The notes under the pieces were generated by a model that saw only the letters and a program-made list of their open reading frames with translations, was not told where the DNA came from and made no database searches. The translations under genes and the position numbers were made by a program. From Camelus ferus (Eukaryota), in contig NC_045696.1 in the NCBI RefSeq assembly GCF_009834535.1, positions 55,368,001 through 55,432,000 on the forward strand: a stretch of 64,000 nucleotides of DNA, in the 5' to 3' direction. Each line of letters starts with the position of its first letter. Position 1 is the first letter of the stretch. Below, one piece after another: positions 1 to 13,200 of the stretch.

Positions 1-1599
1 AGTCCTATTAGACCAAACAATTTCTAGTATCCCAGCCTAGAGCCATTAGTCTACTTGCAAAAGTGCTACATGAAAGAGTAATCTCACAGAAATTTTGTTT
101 CCAATGAAGAAGTTCCAGGCTGGCTTCAGAACAGAGAATGGATTTCAGGAAGCAAGACAAACTAAGACATCAGCTCAGGGGTGGCTGCAGTGGTGCAGCT
201 GAGAGATGGTGAAGGCAGGGGAAGTGGACAGAGGGAGGTAAACTGAAGGATGGGTCTTAGAGGCTGGGCCAACAAGACTTGACAACTGGTCATAGATGGA
301 GGGTGTGAGGGGAAATGAGGGGTTAGGAAAGCCATGATGGGGTGCAGGGGAAAAAATGGGGGTTCACAAGTATACTGGGCTCCAAGTTAAGGAAGGAGGA
401 CAATAAAAGATAATAAGGAGACTGTCTTTGCCCAAGAAGGATCACACTGGGACCTTTCCTTTTTCTCCTTAACCGCCCCCTTCCATCTCTCCATCTCCCA
501 GTAAACACACGCAAGTATTCTAATGTAACCCAAAGATGGAATGCACATATAGAAGAAATCATTTAGTGGTGCCACGTCTTTATTACAAGGCTAAGAATGC
601 TGCCGCGCCTACAGCGGAAGTGGCTTATTCTGGTCACACAGCTGCTGGTGGCCATCGGGACCAAGCCCCAGCCTCCGACCTCCTAGTCACTGAAACACTT
701 GCATCAGTGGGTGCTCTGGGAGGAGAAAGAAAAAACTCCAGGGTCCAACAAGTTTGGAGATGCTGCAAGTAACATCCTCTAGAGAGTCTGAGTTCACACT
801 ATACTAAGGCTGTGAAGTCTTCCACTGAAGAAAACGGTTTAACCCGGCATGTCTCCAACACAGCTGACCACAGAGTCCTATCATCCTGTGCAGCTTCGTA
901 ACATCCAGAGCACCCCAGACCACACACACATAGCGTGAGCTATAAGAAGAGAGAGAAAAGTTAGTCCCAAGTCAAAGTTTACATCTGAATTTTCCATACA
1001 CTCATGGAAGTCTTGGTGTCTTTGTCATGTTTATCCACCTTCTGAAACCTTTAAATAGTGGTACAAAGCAACTATCTGGGCTCACCAGGAAGGCATTTAG
1101 CTATCCCCAAAAGAAAACAACATTGGACGCCCTGCTGGGCTGGTCCTCACTTTAGGTATTCTTGCATACTTAGGACACAGGATTCCCAGGCCTGGTCCCT
1201 GCACTCTGAAGTCTTGCAACTTCCAGCTTCCCTCTCCTACTGTGAGGCCACAGCTTGCATGGAAGGGTGCCCTGGTGGTCTGGAAGGAAGGACCTCTCCT
1301 ATGGCCAAGAGGAGGTGGTAAACAGGGCTGTACAGCCCAGGGATGGTCGGGTCCAGGGCTGAAGAGGGAAGGGGGATGGGGCCTAGTGCTCAGGAAGCCC
1401 TCACCCAGGAGGGATGGGGGCTTGGGCAGGTTGAGGCTGAATCAGGAGTCTGGGGAAGACAATCTCTCAGAAAGGTGGGATTCCGAATTAGGAGGGTGAA
1501 TAGGCAGGGGCCCTCCCTAATGTGGAAGCACCTGGACAGGACACTGGGAGCTTGGTTGAGCTGGGTTATCCCTGTGAGGCAGGGAACAGGGAGGGGGGA

Positions 1600-1790
1600 G
1601 TCGATGCTCTGGAATTCACACAGACCCAAGTCCAAAGGAGCAAGCATCTTACGTTGTAGCTACATGACTTTGGACAAATTACTCAATTCCCCTGAACCTT
1701 GTTTCTGCGTGTGTGAAAAGAGACACAGTAACTTCTGCCTCCCAGAATTGCTCAAAGCAAATAATGAATATGAAAACACTGACAAATAGG
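1600..1790 (+). mobile_element. MIR SINE fragment
   Basis: MIR core-like tagctacatgactttggacaaattactcaattcccctgaaccttgtttc. Confidence 0.7.
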
Positions 1791-1834
1791 AGAAGTGCCA
1801 CCAAATAGAGGTATGATTATCACAAATATTACTG

Positions 1835-2040
1835 GTGTTTATTGAGCACTTACAGTGCATCAGGCTCTGAGTTAAGTATTTCATAGACATTAGGTTGTCT
1901 GAGCCTTCGAGGAACCCTCTGAGGTAGACAAGAGTCTCAGTTTTACAGCTGAAGAAATTGAAGCCCAGGAAAACTAATTTACCTGCCCAGAGGCACACAG
2001 AAGGCATTGGAGCCAGCATCTGAATGCAGATAGTCTGGGA
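1835..2040 (-). mobile_element. MIR SINE
   Basis: Reverse MIR signature tttattgagcacttac...ttttacagctgaagaaattgaagcccag. Confidence 0.75.
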
Positions 2041-2417
2041 CAGAAAAGGTTTCCCAGTCCACAAAAACAGATGCAGGAAGGTAGCAGAGAGATGGGGAGG
2101 CATGTTGATGTGAGGCAGCCACACTCACTGGAAGGGTGGGCCGTGAATGCTGTGACAGTCAGCAGCCTCTCCTGGGGTGAGTTTAATGAGCATGATCCTT
2201 TGATTTCAATGTGTTCCCTCTGCCTGAGAGAGAGAAAGAACTAGAAATCCTGTCAAGGGATCCATCAGGTCCTCACTGGGGAAGGGAGAAGAGCCCAGCT
2301 GGGTGGCAGTGGCCCAAGGGATGTGTCCCAGCACCAGGGGTGGCCATCATATGGCTGTGCTGACTTTCAGGACAGAAGCCTCCCTCCAGGCCCCCAGCGA
2401 GGTCTGCATTCAGAGAC

Positions 2418-2440
2418 GGGGGGGGGGGGGGGGGGGGGGG
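2418..2440 (+). repeat. G23 homopolymer
   Basis: 23 consecutive G. Confidence 0.95.
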
Positions 2441-5400
2441 CACAGCACACACAAGACCAGTAGTAGGAGGCCCTGGCCTCAGCCACATGGGGCGGTGACC
2501 AGTCGCAGGACCTTACAGAAGCCCACCCCGCTGGGCTGATACAACAGCCCTCGGCAATCTAGAGGCAAAAACTCCTATGTGGAGATTAAATCAAGGGGAA
2601 GAGATTTTTCCCAGCTGGAATCCGATGGACAAACCCAGCCAGTCCGGAGTGCTCTCTGAAGAAAGCCGGCAGGGGCTTACAGGAGGGAGGGCTTCAGAGG
2701 AGCAGGGGAAAGTGACCTTTACATCACCTGCCTGTACCTGGCCAGCGGTGGGCCTCAACACTCTGTTGAACAGAACTGCCCCAGTGAAGAACAGCCAATC
2801 CTTTAGGTTCCAATATTCTGTGCTGGGGTAGCTGGGAATGCTCCAGAAGGACTTGATGTGAATCCCAGAGGTGAATCACAGCCCTCGGTGAAGTCAAAAG
2901 GGGTAGAGTGGGGGCTATAAGCCAATCTGAGGCTCTTGTGCAGGGAATGGAAGGGAGTGTTTAGTGCCAGCCCCTAATCCCATCCTGGACACAGAATTCA
3001 GGACAGAAAAATTTATCTCACGAGCGAAATTACACATGAGTCAGTAACTTACAGAACAGGTCTTAAAACCAAGCAATGCTGGCAGAGAAGGACAAAAATC
3101 TCAGTCTTCCAGTCCAGCAGGGAGAGAGGCAGGGGTGAGGAAAGGAAGGGAGATAGAAAAGAAGGGAGGAAAGGAGAGAGAGAAAGAGGGAAGAAGGAGA
3201 CAGGAGTTCTTAAATTAAGGTCAAATACTAGATGAAGAAATTTTATATCCAAGGCTGGCTCATGTGTGATAGGACCATTTTATTCTATTCCTTAGGATCT
3301 GAATAAAATCTATTGTTTTAAAATAATGCTCTCAAACTTTTGGGGGAGTCAGCTCTTCATTGCAGCTTTAACTCTTGTAATAAAGGGGAAAAAGGGTTTA
3401 GAATTAAGCCTAAATGATAAAAACCTCAAAATTTTCAAGTCAAATTTCATTAACTGATAAAGGTCTACTCTGAGCCCCAGGCAAGGACAGCGGAAGGGAT
3501 TTGGTTAATTTGTAAGATTAAAGGCGTTTTGAATAATTGAGGCCACATTAGAGGGAGACTCTGGTTTGAATGACATTCCAAGGTCAGAAGACTGAAGAGC
3601 CGAGAGTCCTTATCCAAAACGCCAAGTTAACCTTTCCAACAGGAAAAATTCAAGCTGCTGTGGCCTTGAACTTCAGTGACTGATAAACAAGAAACAGACA
3701 ATATAAATTGGTAATCTACCTGCTTATACATAGATTTATCTTTCCTTTGCTTAAGGAATCTGACCAGTGGCATCTTGAATATTTTAAGGTGTTCTGTATA
3801 AGGTAATGTGTTATCTTGACAGTTTATTAGCAACAAAGTCAAGAAGGTCAAAACTGAAGACTCCTTCTATAATTTTATTTCCACTCTGCTCACATCTTAA
3901 TAAAGGGTGTCTCTTGCAACAGTAAACGGAAACCAATCTGCATTTGCAGGTGCAGAAAAGGTGCTTTCAAATATATATAAGCAGAGGATGACATAAATTT
4001 ATTGGGATCAGCATTATTCAACACTCTCTGGACTTCAGCAAGATACAAAATGATCTGTTTCTTCTCTTGGCTAAACAGAAAGTGATGAGCAAAGTCCAGA
4101 GGATATGAACTAAACCAGTTCAGACAATGGTAGCTTTGTTACCGCTATTAATAATAATAATAATAATACCATATACAGTGCTTTATAGGTTTCTAATATT
4201 TCCCCCAAGTTCACTGGTCAGAGCTGCCTTGGTTGAGGGTGTGAGTGACAGGCACAGGTTGGGGCTGAGTGTCCCATCCTCTCATCCCTCACACCCTCAG
4301 AGGGGGCTCCTGAGGTTCTATGGGACACAGAATTTGAATAACCACAGCCATGAGTTACCTGATTTTATCCTCAGTGTTATTATCATGGATATTGTGGTTG
4401 CCACCCTCAGCTCCATTCCCCCTTCTCTGGGTAGCTGCCCAAGATCTCCATTCTAGAATTCACATCCTGCCCACTGAAGCCCGCGTGCTTCATATCACAC
4501 CTGGTTCTAGACATGGGGCGTGTAGGAAAAAAATCACTGTCCCAGGCTACAGTCTCTGGTTCAAGGCTAGTAGTATGACATGATTTGGGTCAATGAGACT
4601 GTACACTGGAGTTTCTAGGGATCTGTAAGAAAGAGGCATCATCTCTCTTCCAAGACTTCCAGAGGGTTCCCTCCTGTACACACTCCAAATGTGGACAAGG
4701 GAGCATATAGGCCTTGAGCTGTGACAGCAGTGGGGAGCATTCTCAGAATGAGGTGGCACCAAGAAAGGCAAAAAAAGGACAGAGCTTAAAAGAAACACAA
4801 TTCTTAATGACACTGTGGTCTGCTCAATCCCACCAATCCTGAGACCCACCTAGTTTAAGACATCTAATTATATACACTAATCAATTCTCACTGGTACCTA
4901 AGCTGACTTAATTTGAATTTTCTGTTACTTGCAGCTGATCTAACCCTAACTGACACAGGTACTGTGAGGTGACGTGGTCAGGTGTTCTAGCTCCACTTTA
5001 GAGATAGGAAGGATGAAGTTCCAAGGTCTTATGTGACACACGGGCACACAGCTAGTAAGTGATGAAACCAAGCCAAAGTTTTCTGATGTCAACTCCAGTA
5101 CTCTTTCCAATGCCCCATGCCGCCCGTGTGATGTGGTCCTAGAAACCTCCATTTCAGATGTACGATTCCCACACTCAGTTTGAACGTATATATCCTGAGA
5201 CCATACAAGTAAAATTAAAATGTTGAGTGTTGGTTCAAAATATTTTTGCCTATTAAAGAGTAGCAGTGTTTGTCTTTTTTTTTTTTTTTAATAACAAAGA
5301 GTCCCACCCTCTTGTGGCAGTAAACCCATCAAACAGCTCCATTCATATGACCAATACCAGGCATGAGGACAGCCTGGCAAAAGTACGTGTCGATAGGCTA

Positions 5401-5979
5401 GGTATGCTGTTCTTATTGGACAGGATATCAAAGACAGAAGCCTTACATCAGTTATTTAGTATGTGTTAGGCAGTACAGAATCATAAACAGAGCTCTCCCT
5501 TCCAGGAATCTGCCATCTAACTGGAGGAGAGAAGATGGTGACCCTCCTGTCTCTACTACTCAACTATGCTCCTCTCCCACTGCCCTGATGTGAGATAAAC
5601 CCTCCGTACGTGTGCACTAAATAACTGTGGGAGAATCAGGAATCTTTCTATACTCACAGGGAAGGTACCCAACATAGCTTAAAGATCAATCATCCAGTCT
5701 GGAGGGACAGAGCAGGAACAGTTAGAAAAAAGAAAAGTGATTTGTTCTCTGAAGAGCTCTCTTGGGTTAACAAAGAGCAAACACTACTTCAACCAAAGGA
5801 GAAAAATTCAAACTGCCTAGAGATAAAGCAGACATCAATTATTATTTTAAATTAATATTATTTTTATAAAACTAACTTCAGACTGATAGGAGTAGGAACT
5901 AGGCAGTAACAGCCAAAGAAGCATTATGCTTTTACTCCCACTTGGAATACTGACTTCTCACCTATCAAAACCTCTACAT

Positions 5980-6170
5980 AGTGAGGGGTCAAGAACAGCA
6001 CTTAGGAGTTCTAGCTTCAAGACAGACCTGGATCCAAACTCCACTCTCACTGCTTACTAACCATGTGACTATATGAGTAAATTACCGAACCTACTTAAAA
6101 CTACTTCCTCCTTCACAAAACGGGTTATTGTAAGGACTAAGGAAGATAATACATAAACGGTGTCTAAGAT
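5980..6170 (+). mobile_element. MIR SINE
   Basis: cagacctggatccaaactccactctcactgcttactaaccatgtgact...ttattgtaaggactaa. Confidence 0.65.
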
Positions 6171-6719
6171 AGAGTGTTCTGTAAACTGAAGATACTAATG
6201 TTAGTCACATTTGCCAATCATCCTTAAAAACTTTGCCCAGATTCCTAATTAAGATCAAGCCTCCCCTGGCTTCCCAAAAACCCTGATAATCTGACCTACA
6301 GCAGGTACTGCAGCAACCATTATTATGAGCCTCTCCTAAAGGCTCTGGCTACAGACTCCAAAGAGTTCTGCAACATTAATTCTTCCCCTTCCAGGCCCAG
6401 TCCTTCTGAGCTGGCTTTGCAGACTCTCAGCGGGCTAAAGATCATGCCTCTGCATCACTGCCTCGTTTCCTGGGTATCCAGGCTCTTTTGCCCAGTCTTG
6501 CCTGCTCTAGAAGGATATAACTTCTGCTGACCCAAACCAGCATTGGAACTACTGGAACTACTGTTCAAGCCAGAATCCGTATCATCCTTTTCAGAGAGGG
6601 CCTGGGGAACTGAGAAAGTGAGAATGGTCAGGCCTCTTCCTATTTTCAGCCAAGACTAATAGTCTCAAGGGCTCCCATGCTGGCCTTATCTGAAAATCTT
6701 TACTATGGTTCCACGTACA

Positions 6720-7308
6720 AGCTCAGGTAAGGCAGTCAGGAGAATCACAGAAGAAATTTGAGTAGGAGAATTTAATATAAATAATTACATAAAGTTACTT
6801 ATCAGGAAACTTAAAGAATATAACATGAAAGAATCATGGAGGCAGCAAGTACAAGAAACAGCTAACACTCCTAGGGCTGGAGGAACAACGGAAAGAGTTT
6901 ATAATTATTAAAACTTAGAGAAGGAAAAAAAGAAAAAAGAAAAAAACCTTGAGAGGGACACAGTCTCCAGAGGAGGGAGTACCAGCTGATGTGGGGTCTC
7001 TGGGAAGAAGCAATGAGACTGATTCTCCAGGTCTTGGAAAAACTGCAAACTAAACTCAGCCACTGCTACAGAAAGGAAGTGCTTCTGCCAGAGTGAAGCA
7101 GCTTCACTGGTGACACCCATAAGCAAACAGAAAGCAGTAAATGCCATCTTCCTCCTCTAGCCTTGCGGCCTCCCTCTTAGTGCCCCCTACTGGCAAATTC
7201 TAATTAGGAGCCAGCTGGCAAAGCATAAACATGGTTGGCAGGTTATTACAAAAAAAGTATAGGAGGGTGGCTCTGGAGGTTAAAGATAACAGTTTAATGA
7301 TTAGTGCA
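6720..7308 (-). mobile_element. Ancient ERVL solo LTR, LTR41-like
   Basis: Minus strand starts tgcactaatcattaaactgttatctttaacctccagagccaccctcctatac...ctttgccagctggctcc...gccagtagggggcactaagagggag, matching the LTR41 5' end as I remember it. Confidence 0.65.
7180..7193 (-). promoter_or_regulatory. CTCF core motif inside the LTR41-like element
   Basis: Minus strand CCAGTAGGGGGCAC, a near-consensus CTCF core. Confidence 0.65.
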
Positions 7309-8589
7309 AGGCTCCTCTTTTTCCCTTGACTAGAGATTTCCCACACTGTGAAAGTCACTGGAGGGTTCAGAGACACCACTCTGCCCTTCTCTACTCAAAG
7401 GACCCCCAGCCCTCAGCCCCACTAGTCCCTGAGGAAGGCAGGGATTTCCCAGGGATAAGAAAGGTTTAAATGACCCCCTAAAACTGCCAACATCAGATCT
7501 CTCTCAGTTCCTAGGTTACAAATCACGTTTACAATTAGAGAAGAATGAACAAATCTCCAAACCCGCAAGTATGTAAAGATCGTCATGGCCATTACCATTG
7601 CTCCACCGAGGTACCTAAGATTATATATACATATTAAAGCCAAGAAAACGCATGCTCTTTATTACCATGCGTTGTTTACTCCAAATCCCAATGTCAGCCT
7701 TGAGGACTAGACTGAACCACGTGGAAGACTCCTTTTACCTGAGAGGCATATAAACATAGCTGGCTAAGAGGCCTCTTTGGCACCTCTCTCCTAAGCTCAC
7801 ACTCAGATCTTAATCCCTGTGTATTACCACTCTAATTCCAAGGGTAAGAAAAGAAATTACAAAGAAAAGGACACCATGCAAAGGGAAGGAAATAGTTTCT
7901 TCCCGCCATCTAAGACATCTCAAGGCAAGGCAGCTCCTCCCAGGAGGAAGAAAGTAGCAAAGATATAGGTATAACTTTACTCCTCCCACCACACATTTTC
8001 TTTCCATTTATTTTGCTTAAAATTATATTCCCACTTTCCTATTTTTATAAAGAATCAGCTTGGGCTTTTTTTAAGTTCCACAAGAAGAGGAAGTCTGGGA
8101 TGATGGCAACCTGGTACATGTCCCCCCATCCTCCTAAATTCACATGATCTGCTGCTTCTACCCTAATTAGATATGGGGGGTTGATGGTCAGCTGAGTGCC
8201 AGAGAAGTCTTGGGCTCCAATTCATGTCTAAAGGGGAGTGTTCATGGGAGATCTGAAGACTAGGGTCAAAGAGCTGGGGTAATGATCAGATACTTTAAAG
8301 GAGCTCGGTCCCCAGGGAGTTTCACCCTCCTAAGGGTGAAGGATGAGGTCAACATTGGTCCTTTGTGAGAGATCTCACAGGTCCCCGGGAAGCCGAGATG
8401 GGCTGAACTATGGGGCTGAGGTCTTACTGTCCCTCCGATAAGGAGAGTATATGAAATCTGGAGAGAGGGCAACTTTCTCCAGAGACTCCAGTCTGCTGTT
8501 TCCACTCCACCAGGCCATAATGTAGAGATCACATTACCTCTTGCTACCATCAGGACTGTTGCCACTTAGGATACCCCGATAACCAGATC

Positions 8590-9990
8590 TAAGTCTTAAT
8601 GACACACAAAGGAAAATAACAACACATCTAATGGCTCCAGAGAAGGCAAGATGAAATAAAATGACACCCAGCAAAGTGGTGCTTCCAGAAGAGAGAGATG
8701 ATAGTTGACCAGAAGAATATCAATAACACTTCATGATATTGAAGCAAAGCTCAAAAGCACACTCAAAAGATCTTCCAGAACTGAAAATCTTGATTTTCAG
8801 ACTATAAATATCTCAGTAAATTAAGTGACAGAGTAGTAAACACTGAGTCCCAAATTAGGGCACTAGAATTCTAATTACAAGAATAATCTCAAAGTATAGG
8901 AAAATAAATTGGGAAAGAAAAGGTAAAAGACTTGGAAGATATTCAGGAGAACTAAGATGCCAGTAATAAGAGTTCTAGAAATCATCAATGGAATACAGTG
9001 ACAAGAGGAGATAATTAAATAATAACAGAGAACTTCCCTGAGATGAAGGAAAGTCCTCATTTTCAGGTTAAAATTGTACACTAAATTCTAAGCAAATTTA
9101 ACTGAAAAAAGTATGTACTCCTGAGCACATAATGTTAAAATTCCTAAATTCCAAGGATAACAAATAATTATGAATTTTTAACAGAAAGATTAAGTTACCT
9201 ACTAAGAACTGGTATAGAAATTTTAATTCATCACACTGGAAGCGAGGAGATGTTGGATTACTACCTATGAAGTACTGAGAGGAAAGGATTGCAACCCAAG
9301 AACCCTGAGGTTTAACTGTCAGGAGAAAAAAAAACTGTTTATACTCATGTCACCCATACCTCACCAGAAGAGAAGGCTCAAGAAAGGACTCTAACCAAAT
9401 AGCTGAGGAATCAGAACCAAGAACTCAATTTGTAACATAATTAAGAGAGGAAACAGTGTGGTTTTGCACACAGAGAAAGCTTTGCAATGTGTGAGTGTCA
9501 AAGAGAGAGAGAGACAGAGAATGATAAATGGATACTGACAATCTGTGTGAAAGAGTGATATATGCACTAAATAAGAGTTACTAAAATACAAGGGATAAAC
9601 TTCAGTGAAAATTTTAATAATACCCAAGAATTAAAAATACTAACCTATTTTAGCAAAACTTTAAGGTTAGGGATAGAGAAAAGAAAGATGTCTTCCAAAA
9701 GTCTCATCTGTGTTGGTGCTGGGAGTGTATGCAATGGTGAAGAGTAAAAGTATTCTTAAAGTTTTATTTATTGGGATAAATAATGACAGGGGAAATAGAG
9801 GGAAGATACAGGGTCTTCATGGGAGAAATAGGAAAGATATTTTTAAATGAATAGAGAAATGCGTATGAGTTTGAATAACAGAAAAAGGAATAGGAAAGAA
9901 AGTACAAAAGAACTCTCAAATTAACAAATGAAATGAGTATCAACTTTAAGAAGTCAAAATCCAAAAAACGAAAATAATGAAGAGTATCCA
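8590..9990 (+). mobile_element. Old L1 (L1ME/HAL1-like) ORF1 region, degenerate
   Basis: A-rich strand with ORF1-like remnants (agaacttccctgagatgaagga; ttcctaaattccaaggataa; gattgcaacccaagaa). No intact ORF. Confidence 0.65.
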
Positions 9991-9994
9991 TTTG

Positions 9995-11310
9995 GATTAT
10001 TCAAATATTTCTACTGTTCCATTATAATTTTTGGCTATATATCTTTTGCTCTGTCTTGTTTTTTAGTGGTTGCTCTAGAGATTACAACATTAATATCTAA
10101 CTTTACCTTCTCAGTCTAGTTAGAGCTAATTTTGTTCCACTTCATGTAAAGATAAAAGCCTTCCAACCATAGAGGTTCTTCTTTATATTATAATGGTCAT
10201 TTACATTGCATCTTCATACACTAAAAATCCCACTCGTTTTTGCTTTTTTCACTCATACATATTTTTAAAACCTTAAGAGAAAAAAAAAATAGCCTTTTCT
10301 ATCCAGCCAGAGATTTGCCATTTCTGTTGCTCTGTCTTTATTCCAAAGAGCCCTTTCACCTGAAAACTTCCCTTGGCATTTCTTACAGAGCAGTTCTGCT
10401 GATGATGAATTCTCTTAGCTTTCCTTCATCTGAGAAAAATATCTTTATTTTGCTTTCATTCCTGATGGATATTTTTACAGGACATAGAATTGGAGGTTGA
10501 CAGTTCATTTCTTTCAGCACTTAAAGTTGCTGTTTCACTCTCCTCCGGCCTCCACGGTTTCTGATGAGAAATTTACAGTCGTCCTTATCACTGCTTCCCT
10601 GTATGTCATGTGTCACCTTCCTTTAGCCCCCTTCAAGACTTTTCTTTCATCTTTATTTCATCAGATTGACTATGATGCATCTGGGTGCAACTTTCTTTGA
10701 GTTAGTGCTGTTTAAGTTTCACTGAGGTTCCTGAATCTGTAAACATATGCATTCATTTTCCCCAGATTTGGGAAATTTTGGCCATTATTTCTTAAAATAT
10801 ATTTTCTACCTCAATATCTTCCTCTTCTCATTCTAGGACTACCGTGACATGTATGTTAGACCTTTTGATATTGTTCCACAAGTCTCTGAGGCTCTGTTAA
10901 GTCTTTTAATCTCTTATTCCTTTGTTTCTCAGATTATCTTCAAACTCATTGATTTGTTTCTCTGTCTTCTCTACTATACTGCTGAGTTCATACAGTGAGC
11001 TTTTCTATTTCAGTTATTACATTTTTTGGTTTTAAAACTTCCATTCAATTCTTTTTTATAGTTTTATTTCTCTGCAGAGAGCTCCTATTTTTCCACTCCT
11101 TTTAAGTGTGTTTACCTTGACCTCATGGAGCATAGTTATAACAGATACTTAATGACTGTGTCTGATAATTCCAACATCTGGTCCATTTCAGGGCTGGCCT
11201 CTATTTATTGTCTTTTCCCTTGAGTATTAGTCACCTTCTGGTTCTCTGTATATCAAGTAACCAGACATTGAGAATATAATGTCAGGTAGACTCTGGGTGG
11301 TACTATAATC
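9995..11310 (-). mobile_element. Old L1 5'/ORF1 region, antisense
   Basis: T-rich strand with typical reverse L1 text (gcagttctgctgatgatgaattctcttagc; tttctgatgagaaattt; tttgggaaattttggccattattt). Confidence 0.8.
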
Positions 11311-11314
11311 CTCT

Positions 11315-11965
11315 GTGTTGGTGAGAACATCAAACAACTGGAACTCTCATGCACTGCTGGTCAGAATGTAAAATGGTATGACCACCTTGGAAACCAGTCT
11401 GGCAGTGTCTTATACAGTTAAATATGTACCTATCATATATCCCAGCAATTTTACTACCTACTTACCCAAGAGAAATGAATGCATATATCCATACAAAGAC
11501 TTCTACATGAATGTTCATAGCAACATTCTTCATAAGGTCCAAAAATAAGAAGCCACCCAAATATCCCGCAGCAGGTCACTGGATAAGCAAATTGTGGTAT
11601 AGCCACACAATGGAATATTTTTAAATGAACTACTGTTACACACATGAAGTGGATGAATCTCAAAATCATTATGCCATTTGAAGGAAGTCAGGCAAAAAAA
11701 GTATATTCTCTATGATTCCATTCATATAAAATTCTAGAAGATTCAAATGAATTTATAGGCACAAAAAGCTAAAGTGTTTACCTAAAGCCAGGAGTGAAGA
11801 GAAGGATGGATTACAAAGATACACAAGGAAATTTTGTGAGGGACAGAAATGCCTGTTACTTTGATTAAAGACATGATTTCACAAATGTGTACATATATCA
11901 AAGTGATCAAAGAGCAAACTTTAAATATGTGCACTTAGTGCTCTTCAATTATATCTCAATAAGCC
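11315..11965 (+). mobile_element. Old L1 (L1MC/ME-like) ORF2 end and 3' UTR
   Basis: ctggaactctcatgcactgctggtcagaatgtaaaatggt...cccagcaattttact...ggatgaatctcaaaatcattatg...caattatatctcaataa. Confidence 0.85.
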
Positions 11966-11999
11966 ATATAAATATAAAGAAGATGCAAGTATGTAAATG

Positions 12000-13200
12000 A
12001 ATAAAAAGCAAAGCAAGAGAAAGAGAATAACATCAAGTATACCAGTCCTTGCACTGTGCGTGACTGGATTCTCCCATTAAAAGACAAAAGACAAAACTCA
12101 GATTTGTTTTTTAAAAAACTCTAATCTTATAAGAAATACTTAAAGTGATAAACAAATGTTGAAAATAAAGAACTGTACAAAAAGAATCTGGGAAAATATA
12201 AATAAAAGGAAAGTTGGATGGAACATTTTAAAATCAGCAAGGTTATGAAAACATCAAACACATCAAAGAGATATTCTGCAGTAATAAGAATGCACTATTT
12301 CTAAAGATACCACAGTCACCAAACAACACAGCAGATAAATATGTAAAGCAAAAAGCACTGGAAATGCAAACAGAACTCAATAAATAAATAAACAACAAAT
12401 ATACTAAGAAGATTCAATATACTTCTCTCAGAAAACCTACTAGACAAAAAATAAGCAAATGCCTAAAGCCACTGAATAATGCAATCAATGGACTGAATAA
12501 CACAAGTAATAAATGTATTAAATATATGGAAAACCATATGGCTCCAAATAGAGAATACATATACATTTTTGTCTTATGTCCATGAAACGGTCACAAAAAA
12601 TTGATCCTGTACATTGCTTACATAAAAATATAATCAAGAAGGTCATTTACAGGCCACATTTTCCATTTAATATATTAGAAACAAAAGATAAAATTGGTCA
12701 CTAAAGTAACTGTCAGGTCTTTTCCAAGGCTGACGTACCACTTGGCATTGACCATGGTATAGGCTAAACTTGTAGGCAGAAAATATGGAATCTCTGCCCC
12801 TGTGACACTGGGAGGTTACACAAGCCCTCCGAGAATCCAACTCCTTTAAGATACCAGGGATCCTACCCACCCTGCAGAATTCATGAAAGTTGTTGTCAGT
12901 GACAAGGCCAACTGAGATCATGAAAATTAAAGCATTTTTCAAATTATAAAGTTCCATACCAACATAGAGTTTCTATGAGAAAATATGTCTAAGTAGCAAA
13001 CAACTGGACTCACAAAAAGACTTTGGAGGGAAAAATACTTTAGAAACATGTCTTTCTATATTGAGGTCTACCTGTATGCACATGCAAAGGTATTTTTAAA
13101 GAAATCTAGAAAAGCCACACACACTTGAATTAGTAGGACCCACAGCAACTAACAATGACAACTTGTTACTAACGTACAACTAATGAAGAGGAAAAGTCCC
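12000..13200 (+). mobile_element. Degenerate L1 ORF2 (endonuclease region) fragments
   Basis: tctcccattaaaagacaaaagac; gattcaatatacttctctcag; gtccatgaaacggtcacaaaaaattgatc. Probably a continuation of the 8590-9990 element. Confidence 0.6.

Noticed and set aside
1343..2124. 148 and 154 aa ORFs; inverted MIR pair as dsRNA
   Set aside because: The ORFs run through MIR remnants with no protein similarity I recognise, and the two MIRs are too diverged to pair extensively.
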